Below, in pieces: positions 19,540 to 28,391 of a stretch of 47,048 bases of DNA. The stretch lies in sequence record DRR723986_4087. One strand, written 5' to 3'. A program made the position numbers and the translations under genes. Numbering within the stretch: position 1 is the first letter of the stretch; every line of letters starts with the position of its first letter. The notes beneath the pieces are model-generated. The model saw only the letters and a program-made list of their open reading frames with translations, was not told the origin of the DNA and ran no database searches.

Positions 19540-20710
19540 AGGTGCCTTGGATGGTGTCAAAGTTCTGGACCTGACCCGCATTCTGGCAGGGCCAACCTGC
19601 ACGCAGTTGCTGGGGGATCTCGGGGCATCGGTGCTGAAAATCGAAAACCCTGGAACGGATGGGGATGACACCCGCCAGTGGGGCCCGCCCTATGTCACAG
19701 ATGCAGAGGGCAACCCCAGCGACCTGAGCGCGTATTTTATGTCGGCCAATCGCAATAAGCGCTCGGTCGCAATCGATATCACCACGACCAAAGGTCAGGA
19801 CATCATCCGTCAATTGGCGGCCAAGGCGGACATTCTGGTCGAAAACTTTAAACCCGGTGGATTGGCGAAATACGGGTTGGACTTTGATACGTTATCAAAG
19901 GACCTGCCCCGTCTCGTGTACTGCTCTATCTCAGGATATGGGCAAACCGGTCCCAATGCCTCTAAGCCCGGGTATGATTTGATGGCGCAAGGCTATGGCG
20001 GGATCATGTCTCTGACGGGCGACCCCGAGGGGGCCCCGATGAAGGTTGGCGTTGGCATCGCGGATGTGATGTGTGGAATGTACGCAACCGTGGGCATTCT
20101 TGCAGCGCTGCGCCACGCCGAGCGCACTGGAGAGGGCCAGCAGATCGACATCGCATTGGTTGATTCTCAGGTGGCGTGGCTGATCAACGAGGGAACGAAC
20201 TATCTAACCTCAGACACCCTGCCGCAACGCCGTGGCAACGGACATCCGAACATCGTGCCCTATGATGTCTATGAAACCAATGATGGGCACGTCATTCTTG
20301 CGGTTGGGAACGATGCGCAGTTCCGGCGGTTTTGTGATTTTGTCGGCCTTAGGGCCCTGCCGGGCACCCCTGAATATGCTACGAATCCCGCCCGTCTGGA
20401 AAACCGCGATAGCCTGAATGCACAGCTGCGCCCGGCGATTGCACAGTTTACCACGGCTGACGTGATTTCTGGCTTAGAGGCGCGCAAGGTTCCCGTTGGC
20501 CCGGTCCAGACCTTGGATCAGGTGTTTGACAGCGACCAAGTCAAAGCGCGCGACATGAAAATCGCCATGCAAACCGACCCCGGAGCGGTCCATCTGATTG
20601 GCAATCCACTGAACCTGTCACGCACACCTGTAACATATCGACGTCCCCCTCCGACCTTTGGGAAGGATACCGAGTCAGTGTTACAGGCCCAAAACCCCTT
20701 TGAAGATTGA
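19526..20710 (+). CDS. CaiB/BaiF family (family III) CoA-transferase
   Basis: LDLTRILAGP, NRNKRS, ENFKPG, SISGYGQTGP and GIADVMCG motifs; overlaps the upstream gene by 14 nt. Confidence 0.93.
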   Translation: MVVSKGALDGVKVLDLTRILAGPTCTQLLGDLGASVLKIENPGTDGDDTRQWGPPYVTDAEGNPSDLSAYFMSANRNKRSVAIDITTTKGQDIIRQLAAKADILVENFKPGGLAKYGLDFDTLSKDLPRLVYCSISGYGQTGPNASKPGYDLMAQGYGGIMSLTGDPEGAPMKVGVGIADVMCGMYATVGILAALRHAERTGEGQQIDIALVDSQVAWLINEGTNYLTSDTLPQRRGNGHPNIVPYDVYETNDGHVILAVGNDAQFRRFCDFVGLRALPGTPEYATNPARLENRDSLNAQLRPAIAQFTTADVISGLEARKVPVGPVQTLDQVFDSDQVKARDMKIAMQTDPGAVHLIGNPLNLSRTPVTYRRPPPTFGKDTESVLQAQNPFED

Positions 20711-20888
20711 AATACGCCCCCTTTTGCGCGGGGAATAGCTGAAACATCCCGTTGAATAAGCGGATTTTCTCGCGCAAACGCACACATCCTTTCACCAATT
20801 CGCGAGCGGCGTCGATCCTCACGCCCACCTCCCATAGAGTTAGGTAAGGCATTGATAGCCAGCACTCACAAACGGATTGGAATTTGGC

Positions 20889-22256
20889 ATGAAACAGGAC
20901 ATTTTTGGACAGATGAACAGCCTGACCCGCGCAGACAGCGTCGCGGCGTGGGACGGGGTGTTGCTCGGGTTCATGGCCCATTCTGCCGTGACGCCCCAGC
21001 ATCTGGCCACAGTGTTACAGGCCGAACCCAATTTCGCATTGGGTCATGCAATCAAAGGGATCTTTACCATCCTGCTGGGCCGCCGCGAGCTATACGCCAC
21101 AGCGGCCGAGGCTTTGGCCACGGCAGAGCGCGCAATGCAGGAGCACCCGATTTCCGAGCGCGAGAAACTTTATGTTGATGCCCTGCGGATCTGGCTTGCC
21201 GGGCACCCCACCGCGGCTTTGATGCGGTTCGAAAAGATTTTGGTTGATCATCCCGAGGACACCCTTGCGATGAAGCTCAGCCATGCCACCCGCTTTGTGT
21301 TGGGCGATTGCCAAGGCATGCGCCGCTCGATTGAACGTGTCATGCCTGCATATGCCCCAGATCACCCGGGACGTGGATATCTTCTGGGCTGTCACGCCTT
21401 TTCGCTGGAGGAAACCGGGGCTTATGAAAAAGCGGAAATCGCCGGGCGACAGGCGTTGTGGATGGTTTCAGATGATGCGTGGGGCTTGCATGCGGTGGCG
21501 CACGTCCATGACATGACGGGCAACGCGGCACAGGGGCTCGACTGGTTGGCCGGGCGTGAAGAGGCTTGGACCCATTGTAACAATTTCCGCTACCACGTTT
21601 GGTGGCACAAAGCGTTGATGCATTTGGACCTTGGCCAGATTGATCAGGTGCTCGAGCTTTACGATGTCGAAATTCGCAAAGACAAAACTGACGACTATCG
21701 CGACATTTCAAACGCAACATCCCTGTTGTCCCGGCTCGAACTAGAGGGCGTGAACGTTGGCGCACGCTGGGAAGAGCTGGCCGATTTCAGTGCTGCACGA
21801 ACAGAAGACGGCTGTCTGATTTTCGCTGATCTGCACTATCTTTTGGCTTTGACCGGCGACAACCGCGAAGACGCAACCGCAAAAATGTTGCAACGCATCC
21901 ATCGTGACACCAAGCAGACCGACGATATGAGCCGTCGTATGGCGGATCCCGGCCTAGCTGCGGCACAGGGGCTTGAGGCCTTTGGCGATGGTCAATATGG
22001 CGTGGCATTCGACCACCTGCTGACGGTTCGCGGGTCAATGCATCTGGCAGGCGGAAGCCACGCGCAACGTGATGTATTTGAACGCATTACCATCGACTCG
22101 GGTCTGCGCGCAGGTCGACTGGATGCCGTGGAACGGATCCTTGATGACCGTCGTGCGAAACGGGCGGGTGGAGAAGACAATTATGCGCTTGCGCGCCGCG
22201 CCCTTATTGCAACCGGGCGTGATCAGGATGGCGCACAGAGCGTCCCTGCCGAATAA
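20889..22256 (+). CDS. TTC38-like tetratricopeptide repeat protein
   Basis: AFSLEE, DAWGLHAVAHV, HVWWHKAL and GGSHAQRDVF motifs. Confidence 0.8.
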   Translation: MKQDIFGQMNSLTRADSVAAWDGVLLGFMAHSAVTPQHLATVLQAEPNFALGHAIKGIFTILLGRRELYATAAEALATAERAMQEHPISEREKLYVDALRIWLAGHPTAALMRFEKILVDHPEDTLAMKLSHATRFVLGDCQGMRRSIERVMPAYAPDHPGRGYLLGCHAFSLEETGAYEKAEIAGRQALWMVSDDAWGLHAVAHVHDMTGNAAQGLDWLAGREEAWTHCNNFRYHVWWHKALMHLDLGQIDQVLELYDVEIRKDKTDDYRDISNATSLLSRLELEGVNVGARWEELADFSAARTEDGCLIFADLHYLLALTGDNREDATAKMLQRIHRDTKQTDDMSRRMADPGLAAAQGLEAFGDGQYGVAFDHLLTVRGSMHLAGGSHAQRDVFERITIDSGLRAGRLDAVERILDDRRAKRAGGEDNYALARRALIATGRDQDGAQSVPAE

Positions 22257-22278
22257 GACCGAGAAGGACACAGAATTT

Positions 22279-23496
22279 ATGGCGACCATTTCGCCCACAT
22301 CCGATTTTGTCCCCCCCACCGCTGCTCCGGCGGCGGTGCCGCGTGTGCGTGATCCGCGATTGGATTTCTATCGCGGCATTGCGATGTTCATTATCTTGAT
22401 CGCCCACATTCCCAACGATCCCTGGGCCCGCTGGATTCCCGCCCGGTTTGGGTTCTCGGATGCGACTGAAATCTTTGTGTTCTGTTCTGGCATGGCGTCG
22501 GCCATTGCCTTTGGCGGCGCTTACCTAAAACGGGGCTGGTGGATGGGGACGGCCCGCGTGTCTTACCGCATTTGGCAGGTCTATTGGGCGCACATCGCTT
22601 TATTCTTTTTCGTGGCAACGTCGATGGCGGCACTGGATCTGAGCGGGGCGTTCGACAAGAGCTATGTGTCGTCCTTGAACTTGCAACACTTCTTTAACGA
22701 CCCGATGCCGCAAATGTTGGGCCTCTTTACGCTGACCTATGTGCCAAATTATTTCGATATTTTGCCCATGTATCTGGTGGTGCTTGCGCTGATGCCGCTG
22801 TTTTTGGGTCTTTATACTGTTGGATTCTGGGCTGTAGCACTTGCCTCTGTTTCGATCTGGGCTGTCGCGCAAACCGGTGTCTTAGCACTGCCGGCTGAGC
22901 CATGGTCGCAACGACAGTGGTTCTTTAACCCGTTTGGGTGGCAATTGCTGTTTTTCACCGGATTTGCGTTTATGCGCGGCTGGATTCCAGCCCCGCCTGT
23001 GTCCAAAACCCTGATGTGGATCGCAGCACTGTTTTTGGTTCTTTCCGCGCCCTTTGGATCATGGAAAGTGTTCTTGTGGGTCGACGCATGGAATACAGAT
23101 GTCGCCGCCGAAGTTCGCAAAGTCTGGCCTTTGACCGCTGAATTGCGTGAAAAGACCGATTTTGGCCTGTTTCGTTACATGCACTTCCTTGCCTTGGCCT
23201 ATCTCGGGTGGGTGATTGCGGGGGACAAAGGTGAACGTCTTGTTGCAACTGGCACCGGCTGGATGGCGCACATCTGGCAAGTCACCCTAACCCTGATCAC
23301 CAAGGTAGGTCAGCAATCGCTGGCAGTCTTTGTGTTTTCAATGGCCGCCGCGCGTTTGATTGGTGTGGCCTTGGACCAAACAGGGCGCACAACAGGTGCG
23401 GTGCTCGCCGCGAATCTGATCGGTTTTGCAATGATTATTGGTGTGGCCTATTTGGCCGCATGGTTCAAGTCGCAGCCCTGGAAGGCCCAGAAATGA
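22279..23496 (+). CDS. opgC: OpgC-family periplasmic glucan acyl(succinyl)transferase
   Basis: RDPRLDFYRG, GFSDATEIFVF, DILPMY, FNPFGWQ and GQQSL motifs; multi-TM. Confidence 0.88.
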   Translation: MATISPTSDFVPPTAAPAAVPRVRDPRLDFYRGIAMFIILIAHIPNDPWARWIPARFGFSDATEIFVFCSGMASAIAFGGAYLKRGWWMGTARVSYRIWQVYWAHIALFFFVATSMAALDLSGAFDKSYVSSLNLQHFFNDPMPQMLGLFTLTYVPNYFDILPMYLVVLALMPLFLGLYTVGFWAVALASVSIWAVAQTGVLALPAEPWSQRQWFFNPFGWQLLFFTGFAFMRGWIPAPPVSKTLMWIAALFLVLSAPFGSWKVFLWVDAWNTDVAAEVRKVWPLTAELREKTDFGLFRYMHFLALAYLGWVIAGDKGERLVATGTGWMAHIWQVTLTLITKVGQQSLAVFVFSMAAARLIGVALDQTGRTTGAVLAANLIGFAMIIGVAYLAAWFKSQPWKAQK

Positions 23497-24998
23497 CCCT
23501 GACGCGTCGCACATTCCTGACTTCGGTATCGGCTCTTGCCCTTGCACCCGCCGCTTTTGCCACGGGTGCTGGGGCCGGCACCCCATTTGACCGGGATACG
23601 GTGATCGCCGAAGCACGTGATTTGGCCAGCCGCCCCTATGCCCCGCGCCCTAGCGTGCCGCAGGCCTGGCAGGATCTGTCATACGAACAGTACCGCGAGA
23701 TCCGGTTTCGGTTGGATAAGGCGCTGTGGTTTGGAACGGAGACGCCCTATAACGTCGATTTCTTCACGCCCGGCTTGTACTTTCCGCAGGCGGTCAAAGT
23801 GTTTGAGGTCGAAAACGGGCTGTCCAAGCCGGTTGGTTTTGATTTGTCGATGTTCAAGATTTCAGACAAAGTTCCAGAACTGCCTGTCGATGAAACCCTT
23901 GGCTTTTCAGGCCTACGACTGCGCACCGAAATGCACCGCCCTGGCAAAACGGATGAGTTCTGCGTCTTTCAAGGGGCCAGCTATTTCCGCGCAATTGGTC
24001 TGAGCGAGGCCTATGGCCTGTCTGCCCGTGGTTTGGCGCTGAAAACTGCCGATCCTGATGGCGAAGAATTCCCCGACTTTATCCGGTTTTGGTTAGAGCG
24101 CCCTGCCCCCGGACAACGCAACATGATCGTTCATGCGTTGATGGACAGCCCAAGCGTCACCGGGGCCTATCGGTTTGATGTGACGCCCGGCGACGACTGC
24201 GTGATGGAGGTCGAGGCCACCCTGTTCGCCCGCGAAGAGCTGGACCACGTCGGGCTGGGGCCGTTGACCTCAATGTTTCTTTACGATCAGACCAACCGCA
24301 CACGGTTTGATGATTTTCGCCCAGCAGTCCATGACAGCGATGGGTTGATGATCCGCAACGGCGCAGGAGAGGTGATTTGGCGCCCCCTGGCCAATCCCAA
24401 AACGTTGCAAGTGTCATCTTTTGTGGACACAAACCCACGCGGATTTGGGTTGATGCAACGGGCCCGTGAGTTTGCCGATTTTGCAGATCTGGAAGCGCAT
24501 TACCACAGACGCCCCGGTCTTTGGGTTGAGCCAATGGGCGATTGGGGCAAAGGCACCGTCACGCTTGTCGAAATCCCGGCGGATCAAGAAATTTATGACA
24601 ACATCGTCGCCTATTGGCGACCCGCGACGCCCTATGCCGCTGGTAGCGAAGTCACGATTGGCTATCGCCTCACTTGGGGCGCGGAGCCAGAACGCACCGC
24701 GATGCCCCGCGTGATCAACACTGCGATGGGGGATAAAACCTTTGGCGACGGTCGGGTGGCTGTCATCGATTTTGAAGCGGATGAAATGCACGATGATATC
24801 GAGGAACTCGATATTTTTGTCCAATCCCCTCATGCTGAAACGACCAAGGGCGTTCTGCAACGCAATCCCGAAACCGGCGGCCTAAGGCTCGCGTTTTCCT
24901 TCCAACCCGGCGATCATCAACTGGTCGAACTACGAGCGCAGTTGCGCAAAGGGGTTGCGCCCGCGTCCGAAGTATGGCTCTATCGGTGGACTGCATGA
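23493..24998 (+). CDS. opgG: Periplasmic glucan biosynthesis protein OpgG/OpgD family
   Basis: Tat signal TRRTFL; FQGASYFRA, YGLSARGLA, EEFP, RPAVHDSDGL, DNIVAYW and SEVWLYRW motifs. Confidence 0.92.
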   Translation: MTLTRRTFLTSVSALALAPAAFATGAGAGTPFDRDTVIAEARDLASRPYAPRPSVPQAWQDLSYEQYREIRFRLDKALWFGTETPYNVDFFTPGLYFPQAVKVFEVENGLSKPVGFDLSMFKISDKVPELPVDETLGFSGLRLRTEMHRPGKTDEFCVFQGASYFRAIGLSEAYGLSARGLALKTADPDGEEFPDFIRFWLERPAPGQRNMIVHALMDSPSVTGAYRFDVTPGDDCVMEVEATLFAREELDHVGLGPLTSMFLYDQTNRTRFDDFRPAVHDSDGLMIRNGAGEVIWRPLANPKTLQVSSFVDTNPRGFGLMQRAREFADFADLEAHYHRRPGLWVEPMGDWGKGTVTLVEIPADQEIYDNIVAYWRPATPYAAGSEVTIGYRLTWGAEPERTAMPRVINTAMGDKTFGDGRVAVIDFEADEMHDDIEELDIFVQSPHAETTKGVLQRNPETGGLRLAFSFQPGDHQLVELRAQLRKGVAPASEVWLYRWTA

Positions 24999-26866
24999 GC
25001 ACCGATCTGCATATCATGCCGCCAGAACGGCCCTTAGCGATGCCAGCGCAGAACTTTAGCGCCGGGTTTCGCGATGCAGACGCCCCTCGTAATGCCCCCC
25101 CGGAACAGACCATGGTTTGGCGCCTGCTGGCGTTTTGTCCGTCTGTTGCCGCGACCATCGGGTTGTGGTGGATCATGCAGAATTGGTTTTCCGACGAAGG
25201 GATCAGTTGGATCGAGGGCCTGTTGCTGGCGCTGATTTCGTTTAACTTTTTCTGGATCACCTTCACAGTCTGCACTGTATTGTTGGGTTTGTTTTCTCTG
25301 TCACAGCAACATCCGCCCAAACGACCAACCCGAGCCGAGCCGCTCAACGTGGCCTTGGTGATGCCGATCTATAACGAGGTTCCGTGGTATGTGATGGGCA
25401 ATGCCCGGTCGATGCTGGAAGAGCTACGCGCGCGCGGCGGGGTGCATGAATATTCGGTGTTCATTCTGTCAGACACACGCGACGATATCATCGCAGCGCA
25501 GGAACAAGCCAGCATCATGGCTTTGAGAGCCTCCTTACCACCAGATCTCAAGTTGTTTTACCGCCGGCGCCCTGAAAACACAGACCGCAAGGTGGGCAAC
25601 ATTGCCGATTGGGTCAGCCGCTGGGGTGGCGCATATGAGGCGATGTTGGTCTTGGATGCCGACAGCCTGATGACCGGACGTGCCATTGCGCGATTGACCG
25701 ACGCCTTAGCGCGGGATGCCGGTGCCGGGCTCATCCAAAGCTTTCCCCAACTTATTGGCGCACAATCTGTCTTTGCCCGGATGCAGCAATTTGCGAACGG
25801 TGTTTATGGTGCAGCGCTTGCCGAAGGAGTGGCGCGCTGGTGTGGGCACGAAGGCAACTATTGGGGGCATAACGCGATCATTCGCACAGCGGCCTTTGCC
25901 AATTGTGCTGGATTGCCACGCCTGCGGTCCCTGACAGGCCGCGAGCAGTTGATCATGAGCCATGATTTTGTTGAGGCAGGCCTGTTGCGACGGGCGGGGT
26001 GGTCCGTTCGTTTCCTGCCACGTATCCGTGGATCGTACGAGGAAACCCCAGCGACCCTGATTGACCACATCCTGCGAGATCGCCGCTGGTGTCAGGGCAA
26101 TCTGCAACACCTCAAACTGCTGCGATCCAAGGGCTTTCAGTCGATTTCTCGGTTCCATCTCTTTCACGGGGCAATTGGCTATCTGATGTCGCCAATCTGG
26201 TTTGCCTTGCTGGTGATGTGGGCCTTGATTGGTCGGGGGGAAGACGCCAGTGTTCTACACTATTTCGACCCCGATAATCCGCTGTTCCCACAATGGCCTG
26301 AAATGACCGAAGGGCGGCATGTTCTTATCATTGTTTTGATGTATGCGATGCTTTTGGTGCCAAAGTTGATGGGCGTTGCTGCCCTCCGTCTAACCGGCGC
26401 GCGTTACTCTGAATTCGGCGGCGGGGTCCGCTTTGCGCTCTCGTTCATGTCAGAGCTGGTGTTGTCGATCATCTATGCACCGATTTTGATGGTTCAACAG
26501 ATGATTGCTGTGTTTCGAACCGCCTTTGGCCTGCAAAAGGGATGGAATCCGCAAGCCCGCGATGGTGGGACTTATGGGTTGAAGACCTTGATGATCTGTC
26601 ATGCTTTGGAAACCGTCAGCGGTGTCGCCCTAACAGTTGGCATCTTATTGGGTCTGATTTCAGCTTGGCTGGCCCCGATCGCGTTGAGCCTTGCGTTTGC
26701 CATTCCGCTATCTGCCCTAAGTGGTGTGACAGCAGGCACCGCGCGCCGGTTGATGGGGCTGCGCGAAGATTACCGCGAACCTGCAATCACGCAGGCCGCG
26801 CGCCATTATCGCAATGAACTGAAATCTATGATCGAAGGGCAAAGCAGTGTGACGCCTGCGGAATGA
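24995..26866 (+). CDS. opgH: Glucans biosynthesis glucosyltransferase (GT2) OpgH/MdoH
   Basis: PIYNE, VLDADS, NYWGHNAIIR, SHDFVEA and RDRRWCQGN motifs. Confidence 0.95.
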   Translation: MSTDLHIMPPERPLAMPAQNFSAGFRDADAPRNAPPEQTMVWRLLAFCPSVAATIGLWWIMQNWFSDEGISWIEGLLLALISFNFFWITFTVCTVLLGLFSLSQQHPPKRPTRAEPLNVALVMPIYNEVPWYVMGNARSMLEELRARGGVHEYSVFILSDTRDDIIAAQEQASIMALRASLPPDLKLFYRRRPENTDRKVGNIADWVSRWGGAYEAMLVLDADSLMTGRAIARLTDALARDAGAGLIQSFPQLIGAQSVFARMQQFANGVYGAALAEGVARWCGHEGNYWGHNAIIRTAAFANCAGLPRLRSLTGREQLIMSHDFVEAGLLRRAGWSVRFLPRIRGSYEETPATLIDHILRDRRWCQGNLQHLKLLRSKGFQSISRFHLFHGAIGYLMSPIWFALLVMWALIGRGEDASVLHYFDPDNPLFPQWPEMTEGRHVLIIVLMYAMLLVPKLMGVAALRLTGARYSEFGGGVRFALSFMSELVLSIIYAPILMVQQMIAVFRTAFGLQKGWNPQARDGGTYGLKTLMICHALETVSGVALTVGILLGLISAWLAPIALSLAFAIPLSALSGVTAGTARRLMGLREDYREPAITQAARHYRNELKSMIEGQSSVTPAE

Positions 26867-27691
26867 TTAAGACCCCGGCAGGCCTTCGTACCAGTCGACC
26901 ATCATATAGGCCCACCCCTGCGGTACTTGGTGACCGCCGGGAAACAAAGCCAGTTCCAGAGCCGAACCATCCGCGCACCCGGCCCATTTGCGCCGCATAA
27001 ACGGACCCGTGTTGGAAAAACTGGTGGGGCGATTGTCAGAACAGGCATTGGCCGTACGCCAAATTTCCAATCCCGCAAAAATATCCCCCTGCTGAAACCG
27101 ACCACCACCCAGCTTGCGCCCCTCGAGCGGGACAACGTTGTCGGTCCAGCCGTGGGTGTGGAACATGCGAACCGGTCCAGAGCAGGCGGTGGGATGGGGC
27201 CGCCAAAAGCCGCCAGAAACCGGTGTATAGGCTGAAAACATGTCCGGAGTGGCACAGGCAAGATACGACACCATAAATCCGCCGGCAGAGAACCCGCCCA
27301 GAATAACCCGTTCGGGATCAACATCAAACCGGGTGACTGCGTCGGCGACGGCATCACTCAGAAAGGCGCTTTCGTCGCGCCCGTCCCATCCCGGGAAAAA
27401 GTTCCAACTTAGACCGCGCCCTTCGCCAACCTGTTGCGAGCCGTTGGGGGCCATCACGGCATATCCCCGCGCGATCAGTCCGTCCCGCATGTTTTTGTTT
27501 CGCATCGTTGCGGCCCCGTTGCCGCCATAACCGTGCAGGAACACCACCATCGGCGGAGATTTAGCTTGTGGCAGGTCGATGTGATAGCTGCCCGTTTCGA
27601 TGTCGCAAGCCCCAGCTGCATCGCCGCAGTCAGCCTGTGCAGCCCCCGCGAAACCAACGAAACCCAAAGACGCAAGTAAAGCTCGGATCAC
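26867..27691 (-). CDS. Exported alpha/beta-hydrolase esterase (PHB depolymerase/LpqC-like)
   Basis: GTG start coupled to the rhodanese stop; signal peptide AQA-D; LHGYGG, GFSAG nucleophile elbow, D.VVP and GGH. Confidence 0.82.
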   Translation of the reverse strand: MIRALLASLGFVGFAGAAQADCGDAAGACDIETGSYHIDLPQAKSPPMVVFLHGYGGNGAATMRNKNMRDGLIARGYAVMAPNGSQQVGEGRGLSWNFFPGWDGRDESAFLSDAVADAVTRFDVDPERVILGGFSAGGFMVSYLACATPDMFSAYTPVSGGFWRPHPTACSGPVRMFHTHGWTDNVVPLEGRKLGGGRFQQGDIFAGLEIWRTANACSDNRPTSFSNTGPFMRRKWAGCADGSALELALFPGGHQVPQGWAYMMVDWYEGLPGS

Positions 27692-28176
27692 CCTGTTGGC
27701 CCCTTGTATGACACGACTGGTAAGCCCGTTGCCAACCACCCCGGCCCTGCGCGCGATCCCAGCATCCCTTCGGGCACATCGATGATGTTGCTGAACCCCG
27801 CCTTGGTCAGTACCAAACTCAGGCGTGCAGAGCGCACCCCACGGGCACAAATCAGGGCAATGGGTTGGCTCCGGTCTGATCCGACAATCGCGGTCAGCGC
27901 CTGAATAAAATCAGCGCGCCGCAAATCCAGCGGATGCGCGCCCGCCCCCACCCCTGAGGATGTCCATTCCCCCGGCGTGCGAATGTCGATCAACGTCACC
28001 GCGCCTGATGCGGCGGCCTGATGCGCCTGTTCAGCACTGAGCTTGTCGCCTGCGTAATCTGGTGGAATCAGGCGATACTCCCGCACCGCAAACCCACCAG
28101 CCACTGCGGCAACAGCGCCAGCCAACACCCAACGGCGTGAAAATCTGGGTAAACCTGCTTGCTGCTTTTCCGCCAA
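27688..28176 (-). CDS. Rhodanese-like single-domain protein with Tat-like N-terminus
   Basis: TTG start after AAGGAG; SRRWVL then a hydrophobic helix; IDIRTPGEW, ICARGVRS active loop, W...GLP. Confidence 0.85.
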   Translation of the reverse strand: MAEKQQAGLPRFSRRWVLAGAVAAVAGGFAVREYRLIPPDYAGDKLSAEQAHQAAASGAVTLIDIRTPGEWTSSGVGAGAHPLDLRRADFIQALTAIVGSDRSQPIALICARGVRSARLSLVLTKAGFSNIIDVPEGMLGSRAGPGWLATGLPVVSYKGPTG

Positions 28177-28391
28177 AATCTTCTCCTTGTGCTTCAAACT
28201 GGTTCTATCACGTAAGGCCAGAGATGCCCCCCCTTTGGGGTTCACCTTCGCGTCAGACGATAAATTTTCGGAAAATGAGTGTTTCAGATGCCTCTAGGAA
28301 AAATTTGCAAACTTGCAATGGCTGGACAGGACGGAAATTATCCTTACTCAAAGGTATAGACCTACGACGTTGTTAAACTGGAGTACTGCTG

